Source of the DNA: Myxococcota bacterium
GTDB taxonomy: Bacteria; Myxococcota_A; UBA9160; UBA4427
Length of the DNA stretch: 64,000 bases
Assembly: GCA_029243605.1 (NCBI GenBank)
Contig: JAQWRT010000015.1
Coordinates: 9,423 to 73,422, forward strand
Direction of reading: 5' to 3'
Shown here: positions 9,278-18,533 of the stretch, one piece after another
Layout of the letters: each line of letters starts with the position of its first letter
Position numbering within the stretch: the first letter of the stretch is position 1
The notes under the pieces: model-generated
Database searches by the model: none
Told to the model about the DNA's origin: nothing
What the model saw: only the letters and a program-made list of their open reading frames with translations
Translations under genes and position numbers: made by a program

Positions 9278-10288
9278 ATGTCCGACCAGATCATGGATCC
9301 CACTGCCTGGCATACCCTCGTTCAGGAAGAAATTATCGACCCTGAGCGGGCCATCGTCGATCCCCACCACCACCTCTGGCGGCGGATCGGTTTCGGCCCC
9401 TACCTAGTGGACGATCTCTGGCTCGATACGGGCTCCGGGCATAATGTCATCAAGACGATCTTCATGGAGTGCGCGGCGGAATACCGCGAGGATGGGCCCG
9501 AGGCGCTGAGGCCGTTGGGAGAGGTCGACTTCGTCGTCGAACAGGCGGAGTTGAGCCGAGCGGGCGGTGCTGGCCAACCCGAGATCGCCGCCCTGGTTTC
9601 TCACGCCGATCTGCGTTTGGGAGATGCCTTGGCCGATATCTTGTCCGCCCACGAAGAAAAGAGCCGGGGCTTATTTCGTGGGATTCGCCACGCGGGGGCT
9701 TCCGACGATGAACCCGCACTGTTGATTCCTGGGCGCCAACCCGCCGGCCTCTATGCCGACGCGGATTTTCGCGCCGGTGTCGCTCTGCTCGGCCGACTGG
9801 GCCACACCTATGACACGTGGCATTACCATCATCAGAACCCGGCCTTCGCCGAACTTGCCCGGGCCGTGCCCGATACCCTACTCGTGCTCGATCATTTTGG
9901 AACGCCCCTGGGTGTGGGCCGCTACGCGGGCAAGCGCGAAGAGATTTTTCAGCAGTGGAAAAAGGATGTGGCCGAGATCGCGCAATGCCCCAATGTGGTG
10001 GCCAAACTCGGGGGGCTCGCCATGCCGGATAACGGTTTCGGTTGGATGGGGCGCGAACTTCCGCCGAGTTCGGATGAGTTTGTCGAGGCCCAGCGCCCCT
10101 ATTACATGCATATGCTCGAGTGCTTCACCCCTGAGCGGTGCATGTTTGAGAGCAATTTTCCCGTTGATAAGCTCTCGATCTCCTATCCGGTCCTCTGGAA
10201 CGGGCTCAAAAAAATGGTGCAGGATTTTTCGGAAGACGAGAAGGAAGCGCTTTTCAGCGGGACGGCGACCCGTGTTTACCGCCTCTAG
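9278..10288 (+). CDS. Amidohydrolase_2 family metal-dependent hydrolase
   Basis: 336 aa with an N-terminal DPHHHLW metal-binding motif, LVLDHFG, and an AGGAGG RBS. Confidence 0.8.
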   Translation: MSDQIMDPTAWHTLVQEEIIDPERAIVDPHHHLWRRIGFGPYLVDDLWLDTGSGHNVIKTIFMECAAEYREDGPEALRPLGEVDFVVEQAELSRAGGAGQPEIAALVSHADLRLGDALADILSAHEEKSRGLFRGIRHAGASDDEPALLIPGRQPAGLYADADFRAGVALLGRLGHTYDTWHYHHQNPAFAELARAVPDTLLVLDHFGTPLGVGRYAGKREEIFQQWKKDVAEIAQCPNVVAKLGGLAMPDNGFGWMGRELPPSSDEFVEAQRPYYMHMLECFTPERCMFESNFPVDKLSISYPVLWNGLKKMVQDFSEDEKEALFSGTATRVYRL

Positions 10289-10405
10289 GCCCCGACGACC
10301 TTCCGGGCTGACGAGAAAAGCTGAGGCATAAAATTCGATTGGGCCGATTTCCAGGGGTTTGTCCCGTCGCTGGATCGTCTTGAGGTTCTCCTTTAAGCTA
10401 AAGCG

Positions 10406-11080
10406 ATGGCCAACGGCTCAAGCGACAGTAATCTCACTCTTCGGGCTCTGATCATCAGTGGGCTCATCGCTTTCGGGTTCTACCTGCTGGCTGATTTGGG
10501 GCTGCTCCGCATCGGATTGGTCGGGGACAAGAGTTTTATCTCGTACTTGATCCTCGCGGTCTATCTTGGAGCGAGCCTCCATTGGTTTTGGTTGGTTCAT
10601 GGCCTTTCAAAGGAGCGCAGGCGGCTCTCAGCCATCGAGGCCGAAGCGGCAAGAGGTGGGGAGTGGCCCGAATTCGAAGGCGGCCCCCTCGACGATTTGC
10701 TCGCCAATGTTCGCAAGCAGGGGGAGCGAGATCATGCGAGCCTGCTTGAGACCCTCGGAGATGATTTGGCGAATCGCCATGCCCTGGGACATTTCCTGAG
10801 CGACGTCCTGTTGAAATTGGGTTTGGTGGGGACCGTAGTGGGCTTCATCCTCATGCTGATGCCCGTGGGTGAGATGGGAACATTTGATCCCGATCGAATG
10901 CAGGAACTTCTGGGTTCCATGAGCGCTGGTATGTCCGTCGCGCTCTATACCACCCTGGCCGGCCTCGTAACGAGCACCCTGCTCAAGGCCCAGTACTACC
11001 TCCTCGACGCTTCCCTGGCGCAATTCGTCAACCGAACCACCGTCTTGGTCAACCTGAACCTGGGCTCGGATGCGTCATAG
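10406..11080 (+). CDS. MotA/TolQ/ExbB-family proton channel protein (small, 4 predicted TM helices)
   Basis: 224 aa. There are two N-terminal hydrophobic helices, a loop of about 80 aa, and then LGLVGTVVGFILML and ALYTTLAGLVTSTLLKAQ, which are typical of the C-terminal MotA/ExbB channel helices. Confidence 0.75.
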   Translation: MANGSSDSNLTLRALIISGLIAFGFYLLADLGLLRIGLVGDKSFISYLILAVYLGASLHWFWLVHGLSKERRRLSAIEAEAARGGEWPEFEGGPLDDLLANVRKQGERDHASLLETLGDDLANRHALGHFLSDVLLKLGLVGTVVGFILMLMPVGEMGTFDPDRMQELLGSMSAGMSVALYTTLAGLVTSTLLKAQYYLLDASLAQFVNRTTVLVNLNLGSDAS

Positions 11081-11687
11081 GTTCTACCGTCACACGGAGT
11101 CTCAGGACGCCTTTACGGACGTCCTCTTCAACGTTCTGCTCGGCTTCGCGCTGATGTTCATCGCCTCTCTGGTGCTGATGCAGGATCCCAGCGACCAGGG
11201 AAAGACCGACCCCAAGGCGGAGATCCTGATCACCATTCGCTGGCCGGATGGGCACCCCGATGATGTCGATACCCTGGTGGAAGGCCCCAGAGGAGACTTG
11301 CTCTGGTACAACAACAGGGATACGGCGCTGATGCACCTCGACCGTGATGATCGGGGACTCTTCGCCGACCGGGTGATTCTCGACGGGGTCGCGGTAGCGA
11401 ATCCGATTAACCAGGAGACCGTTACGCTCCGGGCGCTGCAATCCGGGGAGTACGTCGTGAACATTCTTCATTACAAGTCGAATTACCCCGATCCGCTGCC
11501 CGTGGATGTCAAGGTCGAGAAGCTGAACCCCGAAGTCTCCCTGGTCTTCTACGGACGCCGCAATCTTGAGGGGGCGGGAGACGAGCAGACCGCGCTTCGC
11601 TTTACCATCGGGCCCGGTGGCGAGGTCGTGGGCACCAACGAACTCCCCAAGAAATTGCTGGTGCGAGTCATAGGGGATAAAACGTGA
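11070..11687 (+). CDS. Membrane-anchored protein with an ExbD/TolR-like Asp-containing TM helix and an unrelated periplasmic domain
   Basis: 205 aa. The ATG overlaps the upstream stop by 11 nt. The TM helix AFTDVLFNVLLGFALMFI resembles PFIDVMLVLL of ExbD. The remainder looks beta-rich and has no recognisable ExbD or OmpA motif. Confidence 0.55.
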   Translation: MRHRFYRHTESQDAFTDVLFNVLLGFALMFIASLVLMQDPSDQGKTDPKAEILITIRWPDGHPDDVDTLVEGPRGDLLWYNNRDTALMHLDRDDRGLFADRVILDGVAVANPINQETVTLRALQSGEYVVNILHYKSNYPDPLPVDVKVEKLNPEVSLVFYGRRNLEGAGDEQTALRFTIGPGGEVVGTNELPKKLLVRVIGDKT

Positions 11688-12256
11688 GCTTCTCGCCACT
11701 GCTGCTCACCCTGGCCTACGTGGCGGTGGCGGCGCTACTTCTGAATCTGAACCTCGCCAGCCGTTCTTCTCGCGCCGTGAAGGCTGTGGCCATTCTGATG
11801 GTTTCGCTGCTCTATCTCGGCGCTTGGCACGGCTATCGAGGGTTGGTTGGTTGGCCTAGCCCCGACCCTCTACCCGATGATTTCAGGGTGCTCTGGATCA
11901 GTATCGAAGATCCCGACAAGGTCAGCGGCGAACCCGGCGCAATCTATTACTGGGTTCGCGAATTGGACGCTGGGGGCTTGGCAGCTGGGCCTCCACGAGC
12001 TTTTAGTGTGCCGTGGGATGAAGACGATGCCGAGGCCGCCCAGTCAGCCCTGGATGGGATGGAGGACGGCGAGACCTTTGACGGTCGCCGCACTCGGATG
12101 CCCATGGCGCAGATCGAAGAGGAGCACTCGGCGATTGATGACGAGGGAGGCGTTCGAGCCTCGCTGGGGGAGGAGGATCGTCGGCCGAGCTTCGAGTTCG
12201 TGTCCGTCGCCCCACCGACTCTCCCTGCCAAGACCTTGCCCGAAGAGACCCACTGA
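11684..12256 (+). CDS. Hypothetical membrane protein (2 TM helices, acidic C-terminal half)
   Basis: 190 aa. The GTG start overlaps the upstream stop (GTGA). Codon usage and third-position GC look like the neighbouring genes. Confidence 0.5.
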   Translation: MSFSPLLLTLAYVAVAALLLNLNLASRSSRAVKAVAILMVSLLYLGAWHGYRGLVGWPSPDPLPDDFRVLWISIEDPDKVSGEPGAIYYWVRELDAGGLAAGPPRAFSVPWDEDDAEAAQSALDGMEDGETFDGRRTRMPMAQIEEEHSAIDDEGGVRASLGEEDRRPSFEFVSVAPPTLPAKTLPEETH

Positions 12257-12283
12257 TCCCGAGAAGGCGCGAAGCCTTGGGTC

Positions 12284-12301
12284 CTCCGGTGAAAACCGGA
12301 G
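12284..12301. terminator. Perfect 7-bp hairpin with a GAAA tetraloop between convergent genes
   Basis: CTCCGGT-gaaa-ACCGGAG. It lies between the stop at 12256 (+) and the stop at 12344 (-). No U-tract follows. Confidence 0.4.
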
Positions 12302-12343
12302 CTGGAACCAGAAGGTAAAATCGGGAAAAGGTCGGCGGTCGGG

Positions 12344-14581
12344 CTAGTCGAGGCTATCCATCCAAGTCCACCGGGGTGCTGCCTTGTTGCCTAGGGCGAC
12401 TTCTCGATCCTCGTGAGCCCGGGCGCGAATATATTCGTGGACGAACATCGCGTCCTGAGCGCTCAGAACATCGTCGAAGGCGGCCATTCCCTTGGGCGCA
12501 AGGATGCCACTGAGAACGATTTCGTCGAATCTGTTGTGGGTCTCGGTGCTCATCTGCCGGAGATCGGGAATGACCCCTCCCGAGCGGCTCGCCAGGCCGT
12601 GGCACTCGGCGCAGTAATCGTGGAAGAGACCTTCCCCGTAGGCGATCTGTGCGTCGCTGAGATCGGCCAGTTCTTGCTCGGGGATTGCCATGTCACGGGC
12701 CTTGGGAACTTCGAGTTTGGCTTCGCCGCCCAGCTTGAAGACGAGCAGGCGACCGTAATTGTTGTAGTCCAGAGAGGCCGGGTTCGGGAAGGGCGGAAGA
12801 GGAGCGCCGCTGAAGAGGTCTCCGCCGCCGGTACCCGTGAGAATGGAGACGTACTGAACCCCGTCGATTTCATAGGTGATCGGTGGGGCTAGCATCGATG
12901 TGTAGGTGTTGAACTCCCAGAGAGCCTCGCCGGTTTCCTTGTCGTATGCCTTCAGCATGCCGAAGGCGTCCCCCTGGAAGACCAAGCCGCCGGCAGTCGC
13001 CAACACGCCGCCATTCCAGTAATGGTCGATCTCGACCTCCCAGGCGACCTCCCCAGTGAGGGGATTGAAGGCGCGCAAGAAACCCTTGGGAGCCGGCCAG
13101 GTGTCCAGATTGTTGACGAAGTGCTGGACAACTCGGCCCATCTCAACGCCCAGATTGAAGCGGTCGGCGACCGCCTTGTAGAGGCCGGTCTTCTTGAATT
13201 CTTCCGAAAGGCCATAGATGAAAGAGTTCTGCTGGACGGGGATGAAGACGAGACCTCCCTCTTCATCCACAGCCATGGACTGCCAGTTGTGTCCACCCAG
13301 GGGCCCGGGCAAAACCCACTTTTCTTTTTCCGCGTAGTCGAGTTCCGGGTTTTCTACCGGGCGGCCTGTTTCCATGTCGACATGGGTGGCCCAGTTGAGG
13401 GGGGCGTAGGGGTGCGCGCGCAGGAGTTCTCCGTCGCTCCGATCGATGACGTAGAAGAAGCCGTTTTTCGGGGCTTGGAGGAGAACCTTCCGCTCTTCTC
13501 CGTCAACCGTCATATCGGCCAAGGCCATGTCCTGGACCGCCGTGTAATCCCAATTGTCGCCCGGCGTGGTCTGGTAGTGCCATTTATAGGCACCGGTATC
13601 CGCGTCTACGGCGACTACGGAAGAGAGAAAGAGGTTGTCGCCGCCACCCGGTGATCGGATGGCTCTTGTCCAGGGGGAGCCGTTACCCACCCCCAGATAG
13701 ATCTGGTTGAAGTCGGGGTCGTAGACGATGGAATTCCAGACGGTTCCGCCCCCACCGATCTTCCACCATTCGCCTCCCTTCCAGGTCTTGGCCGCAGTCT
13801 CGAGCTCAGGCTGTTCGAAAGGGAGCGAGGGGTCGCCAGGGACTGTGAAGAACCGCCAGGCCTGCTCACCGGTCTCGGCATCGTAGGCGGTGACATATCC
13901 GCGCACGCCGAACTCGGCGCCACCGTTGCCAATATAGATCTTGCCGCGGGCTGCCCGGGGTGCCCCGGTGATGCTGTAGGCGCGGGTACGATCGATGAGG
14001 GTGTCGACTTGCCAGATCTCTTCTCCCGTTTTGGCATCCAGGGCGAAGAGGCGACCGTCGAGGCTACCGAAATAGACTCGGCCCTTGTAGACCGCGACTC
14101 CTCGGTTGACGACGTCACAGCAGACCTTGCGGGCGTAAGCACCCGGCACCTGAGGATCGAAGCTCCAGAGGGTTTCTCCGGTGAGGGCGTCGATGGCGAA
14201 GACTCGGCTCCAACTGCTGGTGAGGAAGAGGATGCCGTCCACCACGATGGGCGTGGCCTCTTGGGCTCGGTTGGTCCCCATGTCCTTGGCCCAGACCAGC
14301 CCCAGTTGGCCGACGTTCTTCCGGTCGATCTGGCTGAGAGGCGAGAAGCGCTGCTCTTCGTAGGTGCGTCCGAAGGCGAGCCAGTTGCCAGGCTCCGAAG
14401 CGGCGTTCTTGATGCGCTCGTCATCGATCAGTCCGACCTGCTGGTTCTCCGCCTGCTGAGTTGCAGAGGCGGGAGTCGCTGGGCTGTCTGCCCCCCCCGC
14501 TGGCGTGTTCTCCGAGCAGCCGAAGCCATAAAACATCAGGGCAGCCAATGCGGTGAGCGTCGCGAGCTTGCGTACGGACAT
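12344..14581 (-). CDS. PQQ-dependent quinohemoprotein alcohol dehydrogenase (type II ADH-like) with a lipoprotein-type signal
   Basis: 745 aa with a vicinal Cys pair (KVCCDVVNRG), W-rich propeller repeats, a C-terminal cytochrome c CAECH heme motif, and an N-terminal LMFYGFGC lipobox-like signal. Confidence 0.88.
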   Translation of the reverse strand: MSVRKLATLTALAALMFYGFGCSENTPAGGADSPATPASATQQAENQQVGLIDDERIKNAASEPGNWLAFGRTYEEQRFSPLSQIDRKNVGQLGLVWAKDMGTNRAQEATPIVVDGILFLTSSWSRVFAIDALTGETLWSFDPQVPGAYARKVCCDVVNRGVAVYKGRVYFGSLDGRLFALDAKTGEEIWQVDTLIDRTRAYSITGAPRAARGKIYIGNGGAEFGVRGYVTAYDAETGEQAWRFFTVPGDPSLPFEQPELETAAKTWKGGEWWKIGGGGTVWNSIVYDPDFNQIYLGVGNGSPWTRAIRSPGGGDNLFLSSVVAVDADTGAYKWHYQTTPGDNWDYTAVQDMALADMTVDGEERKVLLQAPKNGFFYVIDRSDGELLRAHPYAPLNWATHVDMETGRPVENPELDYAEKEKWVLPGPLGGHNWQSMAVDEEGGLVFIPVQQNSFIYGLSEEFKKTGLYKAVADRFNLGVEMGRVVQHFVNNLDTWPAPKGFLRAFNPLTGEVAWEVEIDHYWNGGVLATAGGLVFQGDAFGMLKAYDKETGEALWEFNTYTSMLAPPITYEIDGVQYVSILTGTGGGDLFSGAPLPPFPNPASLDYNNYGRLLVFKLGGEAKLEVPKARDMAIPEQELADLSDAQIAYGEGLFHDYCAECHGLASRSGGVIPDLRQMSTETHNRFDEIVLSGILAPKGMAAFDDVLSAQDAMFVHEYIRARAHEDREVALGNKAAPRWTWMDSLD

Positions 14582-14757
14582 TTCCGAACTCCCAGTCTGG
14601 TAAGGGTGTAGTGAGTAGTTAAAGAAAGACAGTAGACCATCGACCGAGCCTTGTATCTGGGACGGCCCTTTCCCCGCATCGGCCGATCCTCCTCTGGGCT
14701 ACGGGATTGGTTGGCAGCAGTTGCTTTGATTCGGAGTGTGCCCGGTTCTCCCGCGGA

Positions 14758-15201
14758 TCAATCGACCCTGCGGATCTTGTAGAGGACGCGCCCACGGGCG
14801 CAAAGGCGCTGCTTATCGTCGATGATGCTGACCTCGGTGCTGACGATCTCTCGCCCCCGGCGTACGATATTGGCTTCCAAGGCGATTCGCTCGCCCATGC
14901 TGGGCCGGAGGTAGGTGATCCCGAGATCAATGGTGCCGCCGGGTTGATCTCCTTCCTTGAAGGTGGGGATCACGGCCTCGAGCATCGCGATATCCACTAG
15001 GGAAGCCAAAATGCCCCCGTGGACGCTTCCCGCCACGCCGCCGTCGACCTTGGGACCGGTGGGAATCGAAATGCGGGCGTAGCCTGCTTTCGCCTCCTCG
15101 ACCTTGAGATCCAGATACTGGTGGTAGGGAAAGGCGTCGAAGATTGCTCGCCAAGGGTGTGGCGCGGGGTCGGTCGAACTGGGTTCGCGAGTTTCTGTCA
15201 T
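14758..15201 (-). CDS. PaaI-family hotdog-fold thioesterase
   Basis: 147 aa with the motif GSVHGGILASLVDIAM typical of PaaI/4HBT thioesterases. Confidence 0.8.
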   Translation of the reverse strand: MTETREPSSTDPAPHPWRAIFDAFPYHQYLDLKVEEAKAGYARISIPTGPKVDGGVAGSVHGGILASLVDIAMLEAVIPTFKEGDQPGGTIDLGITYLRPSMGERIALEANIVRRGREIVSTEVSIIDDKQRLCARGRVLYKIRRVD

Positions 15202-15282
15202 GGGGTCAGGCTAGCCTCAATCCGCTGGGGACGCCGGGAATCGACCGTGGCCTCGGAGGGTGTTGATGGATGGCAATTGGGG

Positions 15283-15987
15283 TCAGGAAACCGTGCGATC
15301 GTCGTCGACTCGACCGTCGACAATTCGGATGATCCGTCTTGCGCGCTCGAGGACCCGGGGATCATGGGTGGAAAAAATGAAGGTCTCGCCTCGGTCTCGA
15401 TTCAACTTCTCCATGATCTCCAATAGCCTGTCGGCATTTTCTGAGTCGACATTCGCCGTGGGCTCGTCGGCGAGGACGACGGCCGGGTTCGACGCGATGG
15501 CGCGAGCGATTGCGACGCGCTGCTGCTGACCCCCAGAAAGTTGATCTGGGCGGCGGTCGCCAAGGCCCTCGAGACCCACATCCGAGAGGATTTGCAGCAC
15601 CTGTTCGCGTCGTTTGTGCGGGTCGGTTCCCTGAAGCCGAAGCACCATCTCGGCATTTTCGAAGGCGGTGAGAACGGGGATCAGGTTGTAGGCCTGAAAT
15701 ACGAAGCCTATGCGGTCCCGGCGAATCCGGCTGAGTTCCCGGCGCCCGAGCTCACCCAGCTCTTGGCCGTCGATGAGGACTCGGCCCGATGTGGGCTTGT
15801 CCAGGGCGCCCATAAGGTTGAGGAGTGTCGTTTTTCCCGAACCCGAGGGCCCGCAGATGGCGGTGAATTCGCCGGGATGAATCGAAAGCGAGAGGTCATC
15901 CAAGGCCCTGACCTCGTGGGATCCCTGGGAATAGATTTTGGTGATATTGAGTGTCTCCACGCAGGGCGTGGGGTTCCGGGCGTGCAC
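15283..15987 (-). CDS. ABC transporter ATP-binding protein (LolD/MacB-type)
   Basis: Walker A GPSGSGKTT, signature LSGGQQQRVAIARA and Walker B VVLADEPT. The GTG start follows an AAGGAG RBS that contains the upstream stop. Confidence 0.93.
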   Translation of the reverse strand: MHARNPTPCVETLNITKIYSQGSHEVRALDDLSLSIHPGEFTAICGPSGSGKTTLLNLMGALDKPTSGRVLIDGQELGELGRRELSRIRRDRIGFVFQAYNLIPVLTAFENAEMVLRLQGTDPHKRREQVLQILSDVGLEGLGDRRPDQLSGGQQQRVAIARAIASNPAVVLADEPTANVDSENADRLLEIMEKLNRDRGETFIFSTHDPRVLERARRIIRIVDGRVDDDRTVS

Positions 15988-15997
15988 GGATATCTCC

Positions 15998-17263
15998 TTA
16001 GACGATTCGAATCGTCTCGACGGGTTCGATCCTGCCCGCCTTCCAGGCGGGATAGAGGCCCGAGAGCAGGGTGGCGACTAGAACTGCCAGCCCGATGAAG
16101 AGGAGTTTCTCGGGATAGATGCTGGCCTTGAGAATCGGGACGATGGCGACCCCGGCGACTTCGGCATCGCCCTCGCCCATGGCGGCGGAGACGTCGATCC
16201 CCGTGTTGGCGAGATAGTAGTAGGGAAAGGCTGTCACCAAGGCGGCAAGAACGAGACCGACCATGCCGAGCCAGAGGCTTTCGAGCATGACCAGGCTGAA
16301 CAACCTTCGCGGGCTGAAGCCGATGGCGAGTAGAATGCCGAATTCGCGAAGTCTCTCCATTACGCTGACGAAAATAGTATTGAAGATGCCGGCAGCGATC
16401 AGAAGAGCAATTACGGCTTCGAAAAAGTAGGCCCCCGCAATTTTCATCATGATGAAACCGGCCAGATCGGCCTGGCTATCGAACCAGGGAATCGCCGCGA
16501 CGCCCTGGTCGAGGTGGGGGCCGACCCGCTCGGCGACCGCCCCCGCGTCTCGCTGGTCCGAGAGGAAGAGCCCCAACTGGGTAACTTCGTTGGCTTCATA
16601 TCCCACCGAGGCTCGGAGTAGTTCCAGGGGCAGAAGTATCAGGCTGCCGTCGATGGTCGGCGCACCCGTGTGGAGAATCCCCTTGAGGCGAACGGTCTCG
16701 CTGATGATTTCCGCGTTCTTGTCCGTCAGGGTGAAAACGACCTTGCTGCCCACCCGGGCATTCAGGTTTTTCGCCAACTGGGAGCCCATCAAGATTCGGC
16801 GCTCGTCCTTGGTTTCGAGTAGGTTGCCTTCTTTGACGGCCTCGAGTATCGAGAGTGTCTGGGTGCTTTCCCGGGTGGGATCGAAGGCAATAAATCCGGC
16901 CCCGTAGCTTTGCCCCGGGGAGGAGAGCATCAGGAACCCCGTGACCCTCTCGACGATTTGTTCGACCTGACTCTGCAGAGCGGGGTCCTGGTGGATGCGC
17001 TCTGCCAGGAGGTCAACCTGCTGGATACTTCGGGAGAGGGTCGGTGTGTCGAGGTATTCGTCGTGCTGGAGAGTAATATGACCTCCCCCAAGGCGCGCCG
17101 CCATGTCGATCATGTCGCGCCACTGACCGTCTTGAATTCCGGTCATGATCACCGCAAACATCGTCCCCAGGGCAATGGAACTGAGTGTGATGAGGCTTCT
17201 CCGGCGATTTCGCCAAAGGTTACGCCACGCCATGGCGGCCAGATTGCCGACGTCGCTAGCCAT
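15998..17263 (-). CDS. ABC transporter permease, FtsX/MacB/LolCE family
   Basis: The start MASDVGNLAAMAWRNLWRNRRRSLITL is chosen because its ATG overlaps the upstream stop (TAATG). There is a large periplasmic loop and a C-terminal FtsX 3-TM bundle. The listed start at 17506 lies inside the upstream gene. Confidence 0.85.
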   Translation of the reverse strand: MASDVGNLAAMAWRNLWRNRRRSLITLSSIALGTMFAVIMTGIQDGQWRDMIDMAARLGGGHITLQHDEYLDTPTLSRSIQQVDLLAERIHQDPALQSQVEQIVERVTGFLMLSSPGQSYGAGFIAFDPTRESTQTLSILEAVKEGNLLETKDERRILMGSQLAKNLNARVGSKVVFTLTDKNAEIISETVRLKGILHTGAPTIDGSLILLPLELLRASVGYEANEVTQLGLFLSDQRDAGAVAERVGPHLDQGVAAIPWFDSQADLAGFIMMKIAGAYFFEAVIALLIAAGIFNTIFVSVMERLREFGILLAIGFSPRRLFSLVMLESLWLGMVGLVLAALVTAFPYYYLANTGIDVSAAMGEGDAEVAGVAIVPILKASIYPEKLLFIGLAVLVATLLSGLYPAWKAGRIEPVETIRIV

Positions 17264-18477
17264 TAGTGGTGTTCCATTGCCGCGACCGGTTGAATCCAGG
17301 CGGCTTTCAAGGCGGGGTAGAGCACCGCTAAGACGACGATGACAACCAACAAGAGAATGGGTACGACGAATATGCCTGGGGTGAAAAGTGCTCGCCAGAT
17401 CGGGTTGAAGGAGGCTCCCATGATTTCGACGCTGGCTAGGGCTGCGATGTTGATCCCCGTAGTCGAAAGGAAGAAGAGGATCGGCAGACTGAGAAGAGTG
17501 GCGCACGCCACGGAGATCCCCGTTTGGATCGCTGTTTCCATCAGCACCAGTCCCATTACGCCGAAGGGACCTACCCCAATCGCCTTGAGTACCCCGAACT
17601 CCTGGATGCGCTCGAAGACCGCCATCAGCATGCTGTTTAGGAGCAATATGCCCACTGCGCTGTAGATGATCAGGTAGAGAATGCTCATCATGCTCCGGGC
17701 CGAAGCGAGATACGAAGACAGCGTTGGAAAGATCATTTTCCAGGTCTTGACTTCGAGTGGGCTGGCCAGGGAGGCGACTTGTTCGTGGGCGACGAGTAGG
17801 TCGGCGCCTTGGGGCCGGCGTACGATGATTTGGTGCGCCCCCTCCGGCAAAACCATCAACTCGCGAAAACTGGGTTGGGTCATAAAAATGCCGCTTCGGT
17901 CGACGGCGCCGCCCACACTATGAAGGATGCCACGAACGCGGTAGAGCTCGTAGGCCATGGTGTCGTCGGCGGCCTGACTCAGAACCAAGATTTCGTCGGA
18001 GAGCCCGACCGAGAGACTGCGCGCCAATCCCTTCCCAATCACGACACCTTTGGGGTCATTTTCATCCAGCCAACTTCCTTCGCCGACCTCCCGGTGAACC
18101 CGACTCACCCGAGCGTCCCGCTCGACATCCACCCCCCGGAACGAGGCTCCGGCGGAAGACTCGTCGCTCGCAGCCAGCCCGAAAGCGAGAAGCCTTGCCG
18201 ACGCCGAGAATCCCGCAGCATCAAGGGGGACCAGCACGGATTCGGGGTCGAGAATGCGCGTGTGGATCGAGGGCTTCTTTCGGTAGTCGTCTGCGAAAAT
18301 TTGGATATCGCCCACTTCGAGTTCGACGATATCCTGCTCGAGGGTGCGCAGCATGCCCTCGATAAGACCCGAGAGCAGCAGCATGACAAGCAGGGCAAAG
18401 GTCATGGCGACTATGGTCGTCAGGCTCCGGCGCCGGCTACGCCAGAGATTCCGCCAAGCCATCTTGAAGACTTCCAT
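17263..18477 (-). CDS. ABC transporter permease, FtsX/MacB/LolCE family
   Basis: 404 aa starting MEVFKMAWRNLWRSRRRSLTT, with the same architecture as the downstream paralogue. Confidence 0.85.
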   Translation of the reverse strand: MEVFKMAWRNLWRSRRRSLTTIVAMTFALLVMLLLSGLIEGMLRTLEQDIVELEVGDIQIFADDYRKKPSIHTRILDPESVLVPLDAAGFSASARLLAFGLAASDESSAGASFRGVDVERDARVSRVHREVGEGSWLDENDPKGVVIGKGLARSLSVGLSDEILVLSQAADDTMAYELYRVRGILHSVGGAVDRSGIFMTQPSFRELMVLPEGAHQIIVRRPQGADLLVAHEQVASLASPLEVKTWKMIFPTLSSYLASARSMMSILYLIIYSAVGILLLNSMLMAVFERIQEFGVLKAIGVGPFGVMGLVLMETAIQTGISVACATLLSLPILFFLSTTGINIAALASVEIMGASFNPIWRALFTPGIFVVPILLLVVIVVLAVLYPALKAAWIQPVAAMEHH

Positions 18478-18533
18478 TCTTGACTCCAGAGGGGCGTCTC
18501 GTATCAGACCTATGCTCTTTACCGTCGACTGGA

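Noticed and set aside
17264-17506. Upstream extension of the second FtsX permease (listed start 17506), with similar over-long starts at 3505, 25074, 34168, 54948 and 57874
   Set aside because: The extensions run into the preceding gene and are not protein-like. Internal starts with an RBS or stop-start overlap give N-termini that match the family consensus.
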